Numbered from the stretch's first letter, positions 38,137 through 48,810 are shown. The stretch is DNA of 64,000 bases from Geopsychrobacteraceae bacterium (GCA_963676795.2 CAXXTB010000002.1:768001-832000); one strand, 5' to 3'. The notes: generated by a model not told the origin, from the sequence alone. Numbers and translations are program-made.

Positions 38137-38673
38137 TTGTCCACCTCATAAACGATCTGCAGATGGGCATGGGCGACACCCTGAAGCAATTGACCGTACT
38201 GGACAGATTGCTTGTCCAGCAGGGTGTTCGTTGAGGAAAGAAACTCGTCAAGCAACTGGGAAACGGTGATGTAGCTACCGGTCTCAATCTCGTGGCTGAT
38301 CAGTTCAAACTCAGCCTGCCTGTTAACGCCTTCGACTTTCAGGTCGTCACTCCTCTGCTGATGTTTCAAAGTATAGGCAATGTAGTCATTAATGAGTTTT
38401 TTGATGTGGGTCTTGCTAAGCATGCTCGTCCTATTGATTGTCATGAAGCTTTGGGTCCCTGTCCGGATGCATCCCGGAACAAATCATTGGGTCCGGAACC
38501 CTGTCGTGGCTGAAGACGAGTCTCTTGCGGATGTTGTGAGGGAAGACTCTCGGTGCTAATTCCGTCCGGATTTTTACCAGAAAGGTAAAAAAAAACGCCG
38601 ACCAAATGGCCAGCGTTATTTTTTTAATTGGTCGGAGCGAGAGGATTCGAACCTCCGACATCCTGCTCCCAAA
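38137..38673. repeat. ~537-bp direct repeat, right island boundary
   Basis: Copy of 27671-28208. Confidence 0.95.
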
Positions 38674-38705
38674 GCAGGCGCGCTACCAGACTGCGCTACG
38701 CTCCG
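38629..38705 (-). tRNA. tRNA-Pro (TGG)
   Basis: 77-nt cloverleaf CGGAGCG...CCTGC-TTTGGGA-GCAGG...GGTTCGAATCC...CGCTCCGACCA. Confidence 0.97.
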
Positions 38706-38829
38706 ACGGCGCATAGAAGTATCACTGTGAATTTATAAATACAACCTTTTTTTTAAATTTTTTGCATTTTCTTTTTTCGAAGGCCTTATTTGATACTCTT
38801 AAACTGTGTGGCTATCGGAAAGGGACACT

Positions 38830-41460
38830 ATGAAAACCGGGGCAATACCAGATGCTTTTTGCCGTGAAATTCCTGAGTTGTTGACGGAATTGGAGAGCTC
38901 TTCGCTTGGTTTGTCGACGGCAGAGGCGAACAGGCGACTGACGCAGTTCGGTCCCAATCGGTTGCGCGAAGGGGAACAGCGCTCGCTGACGGGAATGGTT
39001 GTCGATCAGTATCGCAATCCGATGATCATTCTGTTGCTGGGTGCCGCATTGGTCTCCCTTGTGATTGGCGAGTGGCAGGACAGCCTGGTGATTCTGATTA
39101 TTGTCATTCTCAATAGTGTCATCGGAGTGGTTCAGGATTATCGGGCGGAACAGGCTCTGGCATCGCTGCAGAAACTGTCGGCTCCCTATGTTCATGCCTT
39201 TCGCGATGGGGTCTATCAACAGCTTCCGGCCGAAGATCTGGTTCCCGGCGATCTGGTCGAACTGGAGGCGGGCACTATTGTCGCAGCTGATATCCGTCTG
39301 TTGGAGGCTCATACCCTGAAAATGAATGAAGCCGCTCTGACCGGTGAGTCGGTTGCTATCGATAAGAAGACGATCACGCTTGTCAATCGGGATCTGCCGC
39401 TGGGGGATCGTATCAATATGGTTTTCCGGGGCACCCAGGTGACCTTCGGCCGGGGCTCCGGAATTGTCACTGCCACGGGCATGGCGACAGAGATGGGGCG
39501 GGTCGCGCACCTGCTTGATACGACGGAAAAGCAGAAGACCCCGTTGCAGATCCGCCTGGAGAAGGTTGGCCGCAACCTGGCTTTGGCAACCATCGTGATC
39601 TGTCTGATCGTCTTCATTGCCGGGATTCTGCGTGGCGAAGATCTGCTGCTGATGTTCCTGACCGCCGTCAGCCTGGCCGTTGCGGCAGTGCCCGAAGCGC
39701 TGCCGGCGGTTGTGACCATCTCCCTCGCTTTCGGGGCCCGACGCATGGTGCGGCAGATGAGCCTGGTCAGGCGTCTGCCGGCGGTAGAAACCCTCGGTTC
39801 GATCACCTGTATCTGCAGCGACAAGACCGGTACCCTGACCCAGAATCGCATGTCGGTGGAGCAGTGGCTCGATGCCGACCTGCAGCCGGTCCGCGAAGCG
39901 GATGTCAGCGTCAATGACCCTCTGCTGCTGGTTCTGGCGTTGAATAATGACATTCATATCGATGCGGCGGGGCTGTTGGTCGGCGATCCGACCGAGGTTG
40001 CCCTGTATGAGCATGTCCAGCGTCTTGGCTTTGATCCGTTGCGTCTGAAGCGCGACAATCCGCGTATCGGCGAGATTCCCTTCAGTTCTGAGCGGCAGAT
40101 GATGTCGACATTGCATCGCCGCGAGGATGGGGTGGTCATGTTGCTCTGCAAGGGGAGTTTCGAGGCGATTTCATCTCGCTGTGCCGATAATCAGCATGAT
40201 GCGGTTGGCGAAGCGACCGGGGCTCTGGCCGCAACCGGGCTACGGGTGCTGGCTTTTGCCTGGAAGCCACTCAAACGCCTGCCGGGGTCGCTCGATGCTG
40301 AAGAGCTGGAGAGGGATCTGTTCTTTCTCGGCTTGAGCGGAGCTCTCGATCCTCCGCGTGAGGAGTCGGCGCGTGCCGTGCGTCAGTGCCGCGAGGCTGG
40401 GATCCGGCCGATCATGATTACCGGCGATCATCCGGTGACGGCACGGGCTATCGCAGCGCGCATCGGCCTGGCCGGTGAGGAGGGCAGGGTCCTGACCGGG
40501 CGCGAGTTGGAGCGCATGTCCGCTGACGAAATCTTCGAGACGGTTGCCGATGTGCAAATCTACGCCCGAGTCGCTCCCGAGCAGAAGCTGGATATCGTCT
40601 CCGCGCTGCAGCGTCGCGGTGAGGCTGTCGCCATGACCGGTGATGGTGTCAATGACGCTCCTGCGCTGAAGCGGGCAGAGATCGGCATCGCCATGGGGAT
40701 CACCGGCACCGATGTCGCCAAGGAGGCGGCCGAGATGGTGCTGCTCGATGACAACTTTGCGACCATCGTCAGGGCCGTGCAGGAGGGTCGGACCATTTAT
40801 GATAATATCCGCAAGTTTTTCAGGTATACCCTGTCTAGTAACGCCGGTGAGATCTGGACCATCTTTCTCGCTCCGTTCCTTGGGCTGCCGATCCCGCTGC
40901 TGCCGATCCATATCCTCTGGATCAACCTGATTACCGATGGTGCCCCCGGGCTGGCCCTGGCCAGTGAGCCGGGAGCCAAGGGGATCATGTGCAGGCCGCC
41001 CTATCCTCCGGATGAGGGGTTGTTTGCCCGCGGCCTCTGGCAACAGATCATCTGGATCGGCTTGCTGATGGGGGTTGTCTGCCTGGTGACGCAGAAAGTC
41101 GCTATCTTGCTTGGCTGGCACTGGCAGACCATGGTCTTTACCGTGCTCTGCTGCAGTCAGTTGTTCAATGCCCTGGCGATCCGTTCCGAACAGGAATCTC
41201 TGTTCAGCCTTGGCCTGATGTCGAACCGCCCCCTGCTGTTCACCGTTATTGGCAGCATGGTGCTGCAGCTGGCCGTTATCTATCTGCCGATTATGCAGAA
41301 AATTTTCCATACCCGGTCTTTAGGGTTTGCAGAAATCCTGTTTTGTGGTCTGATGTCACTTTTGGCTTTTTGCGCTGTTGAGCTGGAAAAATTGCTGTTG
41401 CGCAGGGGCTTACTGTATTATGGGGGGAAGAACAAGAGGAGCCGTCGATCCACACATTGA
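38830..41460 (+). CDS. Cation-transporting P-type ATPase (P2A, Ca2+-type)
   Basis: LTGES, VPEALP, CSDKTGTLT, MITGDH, TGDGVNDAPAL, WINLITDG. Confidence 0.95.
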   Translation: MKTGAIPDAFCREIPELLTELESSSLGLSTAEANRRLTQFGPNRLREGEQRSLTGMVVDQYRNPMIILLLGAALVSLVIGEWQDSLVILIIVILNSVIGVVQDYRAEQALASLQKLSAPYVHAFRDGVYQQLPAEDLVPGDLVELEAGTIVAADIRLLEAHTLKMNEAALTGESVAIDKKTITLVNRDLPLGDRINMVFRGTQVTFGRGSGIVTATGMATEMGRVAHLLDTTEKQKTPLQIRLEKVGRNLALATIVICLIVFIAGILRGEDLLLMFLTAVSLAVAAVPEALPAVVTISLAFGARRMVRQMSLVRRLPAVETLGSITCICSDKTGTLTQNRMSVEQWLDADLQPVREADVSVNDPLLLVLALNNDIHIDAAGLLVGDPTEVALYEHVQRLGFDPLRLKRDNPRIGEIPFSSERQMMSTLHRREDGVVMLLCKGSFEAISSRCADNQHDAVGEATGALAATGLRVLAFAWKPLKRLPGSLDAEELERDLFFLGLSGALDPPREESARAVRQCREAGIRPIMITGDHPVTARAIAARIGLAGEEGRVLTGRELERMSADEIFETVADVQIYARVAPEQKLDIVSALQRRGEAVAMTGDGVNDAPALKRAEIGIAMGITGTDVAKEAAEMVLLDDNFATIVRAVQEGRTIYDNIRKFFRYTLSSNAGEIWTIFLAPFLGLPIPLLPIHILWINLITDGAPGLALASEPGAKGIMCRPPYPPDEGLFARGLWQQIIWIGLLMGVVCLVTQKVAILLGWHWQTMVFTVLCCSQLFNALAIRSEQESLFSLGLMSNRPLLFTVIGSMVLQLAVIYLPIMQKIFHTRSLGFAEILFCGLMSLLAFCAVELEKLLLRRGLLYYGGKNKRSRRSTH

Positions 41461-41519
41461 TCGCCGGGCTTCTTGTTATTGTTTGGGCGTGCGCAAGCAC
41501 TTTGACTTCAGGAACTGTT

Positions 41520-44468
41520 ATGACAATTGATATTTTTATTCCCGGTCAGGTTTTTCATGGTTTCCGGGTTGATCGGGTTGATGAGCTGCCGAGTATCAAC
41601 GCCCGGATGATCCGCCTGACCCATGAGCGGACCGGTGCCCGCTTCATGCACCTCTACCGCGATGACGACAATCATCTGTTCGCGGTCGGTTTCAGAACCC
41701 CGCCGGAAGATTCCACCGGGGTCGCCCATATTCTTGAACATACAGCCCTGTGCGGCTCCGAGAAGTTTCCGGTCCGTGATCCGTTCTTCTCCATGCTCAA
41801 ACGCAGCCTCAACAGCTTTATGAACGCGATGACGGCCAGCGACTGGACCCTCTATCCGTTCTCCAGTATGAACTGCAAGGATTTCCATAACCTGCTCGAC
41901 ATCTATCTCGATGCAGCGTTCTTCCCCCAGCTGACCGAGCGTGATTTCAGCCAGGAAGGGCACCGCCTCGAATATGCCGAGTTGGACAATCCTGAATCGC
42001 CGCTCGAATACAAGGGGGTCGTCTACAACGAGATGAAGGGCGCCATGTCCGACCCTTCATCGCTGATGTCACGGCGGATGGATAAGTACCTGTTTCCGAC
42101 CACCACCTATCATCACAATTCCGGTGGCGAACCGGAGAATATTCCGGATCTGACCTGGCAGCAGCTGCGCGACTTCCACGCCCGCTACTATCATCCGAGC
42201 AATTCCTATTTCTTCACCTCGGGGAATCTCGACCTGAACGAAATCCTGCAGATTGTCGAGGCCAATGTTTTGAGCCGTTTCGACAGGATCGAACCGGACA
42301 GCGAAGTGCCGCCGGAAGTACGTCTGGACAAGCCGCTCAAAATCACCGAAGGCTATCCTCTTGATGCCGGAGAACCGCTGGAAAAGCGTTCGATGGTGCA
42401 GGTCGGCTGGCTGTGCAACGATATCAACGACAGCTTCGAGCGTCTCGCCCTGACCGTACTCTCCAGCCTGCTGCTCGGCAATCCTGCCGCGCCGTTGTAC
42501 AAGGCGCTGCTCGATTCCGGCCTGGGGGCGAACCTGGCACCGGGGGTCGGTTATCATGACGACAACCGGACCACCTTCTTTGCTGCGGGGATGCAGGGGA
42601 CCGATCCGGAGAACTGCGACAAGATCGAGGCGCTGATCACGGCAACCCTGGAGAAGATCGCCGCAGAGGGCTTCAGTGCCGAACGGATCGAGGGGGTCCT
42701 GCATCGCCTCGAGTTTGCCAACCGGGAGGTGACCGGTGACAGCTACCCCTATTCGTTGTTGCTGCTGATGCGCCTGATCGGTCCCTGGATCCATGGTGGC
42801 GACCCTCTTGAGGCGCTCGACTTCGATGAGAACCTCAAGCTGCTGCGTGAGAAGCTGAAAGGCGGAAATTTCTTCGGTGAGCTGATCCGCAGCCATCTGC
42901 TGGAAAATTCGCACCGGGTGACCCTGCTGCTCAAACCGGACACCAACATGGGGCCGCGCCAGGAGGCCGAAGTGCGGGACCGGCTCGATCGCATCAACGC
43001 GTCTCTCTCGGCCGAAGAGAAACAGGTCCTGGTCGAACGGGCCATCAGCCTCAAGGATGCCCAGGAGGCACCGGAAGATCTCTCCTGTCTGCCAACCCTG
43101 GAGCTGAGCGATATCCCTGCCAGGGAACATGAAGTTCCTGTCCGTCAGTCGCAAGGGGAAGGGGTGGTCCAGTACTGGTTCGATCAGCCGAGCAACAGCA
43201 TCGTCAATGTCGCTCTGAATTTTGGCTTGCCAGCCCTGAGTAAGGATGAGATCCGCAGCCTGCCGCTGCTCAGCAGCCTGCTGACCCAGTTGGGTGCCGG
43301 TGGGCGCAGTTATCTGGAGATGGCTGAAGCGATGGAAGCTAAAACCGGGGGGATCTTTGCCCGGACCTCGATCCTTGATAACCCGGAAGACCTGGATTGT
43401 TTCAGCGTCGGTTTCGAACTCAAGGGCAAGGCGCTGGTCCGAAACGGTCAGGCGCTGCTAGATCTGATCAGCGATTTTCTGATCCGGCCCGATTTCACCG
43501 ATCGTCAGCGGATCAGTACCGTTTTGAACCAGATTAAAGTTTCTCTGGAAAACAGCGTCCCTCAGTCCGGGCACACTTATGCGGCCCGCAGCGCGGCAGC
43601 CAGCCTGTCGACGGTCGGACGGCTGCGCGAGGAATGGAGTGGCCTGGCTCAACTGAGCCTGATCCGTGAATGGGCCGGCAAACAGATAGCGGAACTCGAT
43701 GGTCTGATTGCCATCCTTGAGGGCCTGGCCGCCAAGATCTTCACCAGGGCGCAGCTCAAGGTCGCGGTGACTGTGGAAGAGAAATTTTTTAACCATTTCG
43801 AGGTGCCGCTCAATAACCTGCTGTCCGGTCTGCCCGAGGGGCAGTCCGGACAGCATCTGGCAATCGAGGCCGGTCATGAAGCCCCCGCACGCAAGGGTCT
43901 GGTCTGGTCGCTGCCGGTCAGCTATGTGACCCGGGTGTTCCGGACCATCCCCTATGCCCATCCTGACAGTGCCGCCCTGACAGTGCTGTCCAAGCTGCTG
44001 CGTGCCGAGTTCCTGCACCGCGAGATTCGCGAGAAGGGTGGAGCCTACGGCGGCATGGCCAGCTACAGCGCCGAAGCCGGGCAGTTCAGTATGCTCTCTT
44101 ACCGCGATCCGCATCTGAAGAGAACCCTTGAGGTCTACGATCAGGCGATCGCCTGGGCTGTCGCCGGGAAGTTTCCTGCTGAGTCGATCAAGGAAGCGGT
44201 GCTGGCCGTCTTCAGTGATCTGGATAAACCGATGTCTCCTTCCGGAACCGGGGCCCACGAATTTGCCTGTATCCGCCAGGGGCTGGGGATCGACATGCGC
44301 AACCGTATGCGTCAGCAGCTGCTGGCCGTTGATGCTCAGAAGCTTAAAGAGGTTGCCGAACGATATCTGCAGGGCAATCCGGGGGCTGTGGCCGTTCTGG
44401 CCGGTGAGGCGGCCATCAGCCAGGCTAATGGCCAGCTGGAAACGGCTCTTCAGATCGTTAAGATCTAG
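41520..44468 (+). CDS. M16C insulinase-family peptidase (PreP-like)
   Basis: GVAHILEH, GVVYNEMKG, YYHPSNS, IREKGGAYG, SYRDP. Confidence 0.93.
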   Translation: MTIDIFIPGQVFHGFRVDRVDELPSINARMIRLTHERTGARFMHLYRDDDNHLFAVGFRTPPEDSTGVAHILEHTALCGSEKFPVRDPFFSMLKRSLNSFMNAMTASDWTLYPFSSMNCKDFHNLLDIYLDAAFFPQLTERDFSQEGHRLEYAELDNPESPLEYKGVVYNEMKGAMSDPSSLMSRRMDKYLFPTTTYHHNSGGEPENIPDLTWQQLRDFHARYYHPSNSYFFTSGNLDLNEILQIVEANVLSRFDRIEPDSEVPPEVRLDKPLKITEGYPLDAGEPLEKRSMVQVGWLCNDINDSFERLALTVLSSLLLGNPAAPLYKALLDSGLGANLAPGVGYHDDNRTTFFAAGMQGTDPENCDKIEALITATLEKIAAEGFSAERIEGVLHRLEFANREVTGDSYPYSLLLLMRLIGPWIHGGDPLEALDFDENLKLLREKLKGGNFFGELIRSHLLENSHRVTLLLKPDTNMGPRQEAEVRDRLDRINASLSAEEKQVLVERAISLKDAQEAPEDLSCLPTLELSDIPAREHEVPVRQSQGEGVVQYWFDQPSNSIVNVALNFGLPALSKDEIRSLPLLSSLLTQLGAGGRSYLEMAEAMEAKTGGIFARTSILDNPEDLDCFSVGFELKGKALVRNGQALLDLISDFLIRPDFTDRQRISTVLNQIKVSLENSVPQSGHTYAARSAAASLSTVGRLREEWSGLAQLSLIREWAGKQIAELDGLIAILEGLAAKIFTRAQLKVAVTVEEKFFNHFEVPLNNLLSGLPEGQSGQHLAIEAGHEAPARKGLVWSLPVSYVTRVFRTIPYAHPDSAALTVLSKLLRAEFLHREIREKGGAYGGMASYSAEAGQFSMLSYRDPHLKRTLEVYDQAIAWAVAGKFPAESIKEAVLAVFSDLDKPMSPSGTGAHEFACIRQGLGIDMRNRMRQQLLAVDAQKLKEVAERYLQGNPGAVAVLAGEAAISQANGQLETALQIVKI

Positions 44469-44553
44469 CAGCGAACTGAGCTGTTTTGACTGAGCTGATT
44501 GATTTTTCAGGGGACGGTGGCTACCGTCCCCGTTTTACGTTTGAAAGGCGAAA

Positions 44554-46707
44554 ATGGAAGCACAACAATTCTTTGCAACGGCAGCTCTGGGGCTGGAGCC
44601 ACTGCTGGTCGATGAACTGATCCAGCTCGGGGCCAGTGAGGTCAAACAGGAGCGCGCCGGTGTCGCGTTTTCCGGAACGCTTGAGACGGCATACCGGGTC
44701 TGCCTCTGGTCGCGGCTGGCGAGCCGGATTCTGTTGCCGCTGGTCAGTTTCCCGGCGACCGATCCCGAGCAACTCTATCGTGAAGCGCTGAAGCTCGACT
44801 GGCAGGAGCATCTCTCTCCGTCCGGCAGTTTTGCCGTCGATTGCACCCTGTCATCATCGAAGCTCAATCACTCCAAGTTTGCCGCCCTGAAGGTCAAGGA
44901 CGCCATCGTCGATCAGTTCCGCAGCCGGCACGGTGAACGACCGAACGTCGATACCGAACGGCCCGATCTGCGCGTCAACCTGCATGTCTACAAGGATCAG
45001 GCGATTCTTTCCGTCGATCTGTCCGGCCAGAGCCTGCACATGCGCAGCTACCGGATCGACGGTGTCCATGCGCCGCTTAAGGAAAACCTCGCCGCAGCGA
45101 TCCTGATCCGCGGCGGGTGGCCGGAAATTTCTGCGTCAGGTGGCGCGCTGATCGATCCGATGTGCGGGTCAGGGACCCTGGTGCTCGAGGCGGCGTTGAT
45201 CGCCTGCGACTATGCTCCAGGTCTCAATCGTCCTTATTTCGGATTTCTCGGCTGGCTGATGCATCAACCGGATGTCTGGGAGAAGCTCGTCGCCGAGGCC
45301 GAAGGGCGACTGCAGCAGGGGCTGCAGCGGCGGCTGGCACCGATTCAGGGCTTCGACAGCGACAGCCGGGCGATCAAGGCCGCCTGGCAGCACGCAAAGA
45401 ACGCGGGGCTTGACAAGGTCGTTCACTTTGAGAAACGCACAGTGCGTGAGCTGACCTCTCCGGCCGAGGCCAGAACCGGACTGCTCGTCGCCAATCCTCC
45501 CTACGGCGAGCGTCTCGGCCAGGATGATGACCTGCCTGCGCTCTATAACCTGCTGGGGGAAAAGATGACCCGCCACTGTCAGGGCTGGAAGGCGGCGGTC
45601 ATCACCTCCAACCCACAGCTGGGGCGCGCCATCGGCCTGCGTGCGGAGAAGATCAATACCCTTTACAACGGTGCGCTCAAATGTCAGCTGCTGCAGTTTT
45701 CCATCGATGAGAACAATCACTGGCGTTCTGTGCAGGACGGTGCCGGGCGTGCCGTCAAGGTCAAGTTGTCGGCTGAGGCCGAGATGTTCGCCAATCGCCT
45801 GCGCAAGAACCTGAAGAAGTTCGCCAAGTGGGCGAAAAAGGAAGGAATCGACTGTTATCGGCTGTACGATGCCGATCTACCTGAGTATGCCGTGGCTGTC
45901 GATATCTACGGGGATGAGGTCCATCTGCAGGAGTACCGTGCGCCCAAGTCGGTTGAGGAGCAGAAGGCCGCACAGCGCTATCGCGACGTCGTCGCGGCGC
46001 TGCCGCAGGTGCTGGAGATTGCACCGGACAAGATCCATCAGAAGGTTCGCCAGCGTCAGAAAGGGAGCCAGCAGTACGAGAAACAGGCACAGCGCGGGAT
46101 CTTCAAGGAGGTTCAGGAGGGGAACTGCAGCTTTCTGGTCAACCTGACCGATTATCTCGATACCGGCCTGTTTCTCGATCATCGCCTGACCCGCCAGAAG
46201 ATCCAGTCGCTGGCTAAGGGGACACGTTTTCTCAATCTCTTCGCCTACACCGGGGCGGCGACGGTCCACGCCCTTAAAGGGGGGGCGGTGGCGACGATGA
46301 CGGTCGATATGTCGCGCACCTATCTTGAATGGGCGCAGAAGAACATCGCTCTGAACGGTTTTGATCCCAAGCGTCAGGAGCTGATCCAGGCTGATTGTCT
46401 GGCCTGGCTCGAGCAGGCCAAAGGGGAGTACGATCTGATCTTCCTCGATCCGCCGACCTTTTCCAATTCCAAAGGGATGGAGGGGACTTTCGATATTCAG
46501 CGTGATCATGTCGATCTGCTGCACAAGGTTGGACGACTGCTGAGCGATGAGGGGATTCTGGTCTTCTCCAATAACCTGCGCAAGTTCAGTATGGACACGG
46601 AGGCCCTGCGCGAGTTTGAAATTGAGGAGATCACCGCACAGACGATCCCACTCGATTTTGAGCGCAATCCAAGGATTCATAACTGCTGGCTGCTGAAGAA
46701 GTTTTAG
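44554..46707 (+). CDS. rlmKL: Bifunctional 23S rRNA methyltransferase RlmKL
   Basis: THUMP domain, APLKENLAAA, DPMCGSGT, NPPYGERL, DYLDTGLFLDHR, LNLFAYTG, DPPTFSNSK. Confidence 0.95.
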   Translation: MEAQQFFATAALGLEPLLVDELIQLGASEVKQERAGVAFSGTLETAYRVCLWSRLASRILLPLVSFPATDPEQLYREALKLDWQEHLSPSGSFAVDCTLSSSKLNHSKFAALKVKDAIVDQFRSRHGERPNVDTERPDLRVNLHVYKDQAILSVDLSGQSLHMRSYRIDGVHAPLKENLAAAILIRGGWPEISASGGALIDPMCGSGTLVLEAALIACDYAPGLNRPYFGFLGWLMHQPDVWEKLVAEAEGRLQQGLQRRLAPIQGFDSDSRAIKAAWQHAKNAGLDKVVHFEKRTVRELTSPAEARTGLLVANPPYGERLGQDDDLPALYNLLGEKMTRHCQGWKAAVITSNPQLGRAIGLRAEKINTLYNGALKCQLLQFSIDENNHWRSVQDGAGRAVKVKLSAEAEMFANRLRKNLKKFAKWAKKEGIDCYRLYDADLPEYAVAVDIYGDEVHLQEYRAPKSVEEQKAAQRYRDVVAALPQVLEIAPDKIHQKVRQRQKGSQQYEKQAQRGIFKEVQEGNCSFLVNLTDYLDTGLFLDHRLTRQKIQSLAKGTRFLNLFAYTGAATVHALKGGAVATMTVDMSRTYLEWAQKNIALNGFDPKRQELIQADCLAWLEQAKGEYDLIFLDPPTFSNSKGMEGTFDIQRDHVDLLHKVGRLLSDEGILVFSNNLRKFSMDTEALREFEIEEITAQTIPLDFERNPRIHNCWLLKKF

Positions 46708-46825
46708 CAGCGCAGATGGACAAGATACGCCTGTTTTAACTAATCAAGCCGGGAACCGGCTGTGCGATTCCGCGAATCGAGACGCACAGCGTCTCGTCTG
46801 AGCGCGAATAGATGAGCAGCGCACA

Positions 46826-46925
46826 AAGAAAAGTGTGTCGTCTGGCGGGACGAGACCCGCCGGTTCTTAAGGTTTCATGTCTATTGGAAAACCAAAGTCG
46901 CGGGGTCTCGCCCCCGCCGATGATC
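46826..46925. repeat. Degenerate family-A repeats in inverted arrangement
   Basis: tcgtctggcgggacgagacccgccggtt followed by caaagtcgcggggtctcgcccccgccg. Confidence 0.6.
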
Positions 46926-46986
46926 TTCGCTCCTCTAACGGGCAGAACCGGAAAAACTCCGCGAGCGGAGTTTTGATTGAAATGGT

Positions 46987-47012
46987 AAAGCCGCCCGAAT
47001 CGGGCGGCTTTT
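46987..47012. terminator. Bidirectional terminator (hydrogenase operon / rlmKL)
   Basis: aaagccgcccga-a-tcgggcggctttt. Confidence 0.75.
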
Positions 47013-47039
47013 GTCGTTATTGCGCTTTGGCTTGTTGAT

Positions 47040-47495
47040 TCAGCCAGTCAATGATCTGCTCCGCGGTGTCGATAACCGGCTGAGCAATCTGTTCCCCAGA
47101 TCGAGCGAAGCTGCCTGAATCCCCAGACAGTTGCACTTTGCACCACTCTCCTGCTCGATCCAGGCGATCAGCGGCTCCATCGGCAGGCGGTGGGAGCTCA
47201 GGCTGCGTTTGGCCAGGACGCTGGCATCGATCAGCCTGAGTTCGCCCGGCATGCCGCCGAAATCGGCGGCATCGAGAAAAAAAACCAGTTCGGGCTGATA
47301 CTCCTCAACCCAGTCGATCGAACGTTCCGGGCGGTTGCCTGCGTCCTCCACCTGAATCCCGCTTAGCCCATCCAGCCGTTCGGCAATGTAGGGACCGACG
47401 CCGTCATCGGAGCGCAGGCTGTTGCCCATGGTGATCAGCAGGGTTTTATCAAGCTTCTCACCAATGAGCGCGTGCAGGGTCTCAGCGACCGACAA
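47040..47495 (-). CDS. Hydrogenase maturation protease (apparent C-terminal frameshift)
   Basis: MGNSLRSDDGVG, LDAADFG, SSHRLP, LGIQ; probable TTG start overlapping the large-subunit stop. Confidence 0.85.
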   Translation of the reverse strand: MSVAETLHALIGEKLDKTLLITMGNSLRSDDGVGPYIAERLDGLSGIQVEDAGNRPERSIDWVEEYQPELVFFLDAADFGGMPGELRLIDASVLAKRSLSSHRLPMEPLIAWIEQESGAKCNCLGIQAASLDLGNRLLSRLSTPRSRSLTG

Positions 47496-48810
47496 AGTCG
47501 ACCTCGAGGAAGTGGGTCGAACAGGAGATGCAGGGGTCGTAGGCACGGACCAGCATCTCCAGGCTCAGCCTGATTTCATCGTCTGAGCGGTCGAGGATCT
47601 CCGGCACCATTTTGTGCATGTCGTCCTCGATGTTCTGCAGGTTCTGGCTGGTCGGAATGACACAGTTGGCCTTCTCGATAATCCCCTGCTCGTTGACCTG
47701 GTAGTGGTGGAAGAGGATGCCGCGAGGCACTTCGACCGCGCTGAATCCGGTACCGGCCTGAACCGGGATTGTCTTGTTCTCGTTAATACCAACGATAACC
47801 GCTTCGCTCTTATCGACGCCGTTTGCCAGGTAGCTGTTGACGATGGCCAGCGCTTCGCTGGCACACTGGGCACATTCAACGACCTGGGCTGCGGTATTGA
47901 GGAACGGGTTGTAGCACGGCGCTTTCAGGCCGAGTTTGTCAGCGACCCCCTTGGCGAAGCTGTTGAGCTTCTGGGAGTTCAGGTTGAAGCGGGCCAGGGC
48001 CCCGACCATGTAGGAGCTACGCTTGTTCTTGGCGTGCTTGGCCGAGGAGTGCGGCACCAGGAATTCGTTGGTGATCGAGGCGTACTCTTCCTTCGGTTTA
48101 CGTACACCGTCGGTCGTGCCGACATCGCCCATCAGCAGCGGGTACTCATCATCGTCGCTGACCAGGCCGACATATTCGGTCTCACGGGCGAACTCGGGGA
48201 AGGTTAAAGAAGAGATCAGCTCGACGGTCGGACCCAAGTCCTCGATCAGCTGCTCCAGTTTGTCGCGCATCGTCTCCAGGTCTTTTTTCTTCGGCAGTTT
48301 GGTGAAACCGCCGACAACCGTGGTGATCGGGTGGACGTGACGGCCGACCAGGATATCGCAGACATCGTTGCAGATCTTTTTCATGCGCAGTGCGCGGCGC
48401 ACCGCTTCGGCGTGATCCTTCATCATCCCCATGAAGCTCTGTTCGCCGACCAGGTCAGGGGCGACAAGCATGTAGATATGGAGGATATGGCTGTCGAGGT
48501 TCTCCATATGCAGCAACAGTTTGCGGAAATCGATCGACTGCTTGCTCGGGGTGAAGCCGATCGCCTGCTCAGCCGCCTGGATCGAGGCCAGCGAATGGCC
48601 GCAGGCACAGATACCGCAGATCCGCGAGGTGATGTGCTGGGCCTCGAAGATGGTGCGCCCCTGGAGCATCGCTTCGAAAAAACGCGGGGCCTCGACAATC
48701 TGCAGTTCAGCCTTGTTGAGCTTCCCTTCTGCCACGTCGACGACGATGTGCCCGTGTCCTTCGACCCGGGTCAGAAATTCTACATTAACAGCTACGTTCC
48801 TACTCATCAT
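47482..48810 (-). CDS. Group 3b NiFe-hydrogenase large (alpha) subunit
   Basis: TRVEGHG, SRICGIC, EVPRG, RAYDPCISCSTH plus a cleavable tail. Confidence 0.93.
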   Translation of the reverse strand: MMSRNVAVNVEFLTRVEGHGHIVVDVAEGKLNKAELQIVEAPRFFEAMLQGRTIFEAQHITSRICGICACGHSLASIQAAEQAIGFTPSKQSIDFRKLLLHMENLDSHILHIYMLVAPDLVGEQSFMGMMKDHAEAVRRALRMKKICNDVCDILVGRHVHPITTVVGGFTKLPKKKDLETMRDKLEQLIEDLGPTVELISSLTFPEFARETEYVGLVSDDDEYPLLMGDVGTTDGVRKPKEEYASITNEFLVPHSSAKHAKNKRSSYMVGALARFNLNSQKLNSFAKGVADKLGLKAPCYNPFLNTAAQVVECAQCASEALAIVNSYLANGVDKSEAVIVGINENKTIPVQAGTGFSAVEVPRGILFHHYQVNEQGIIEKANCVIPTSQNLQNIEDDMHKMVPEILDRSDDEIRLSLEMLVRAYDPCISCSTHFLEVDFVGR

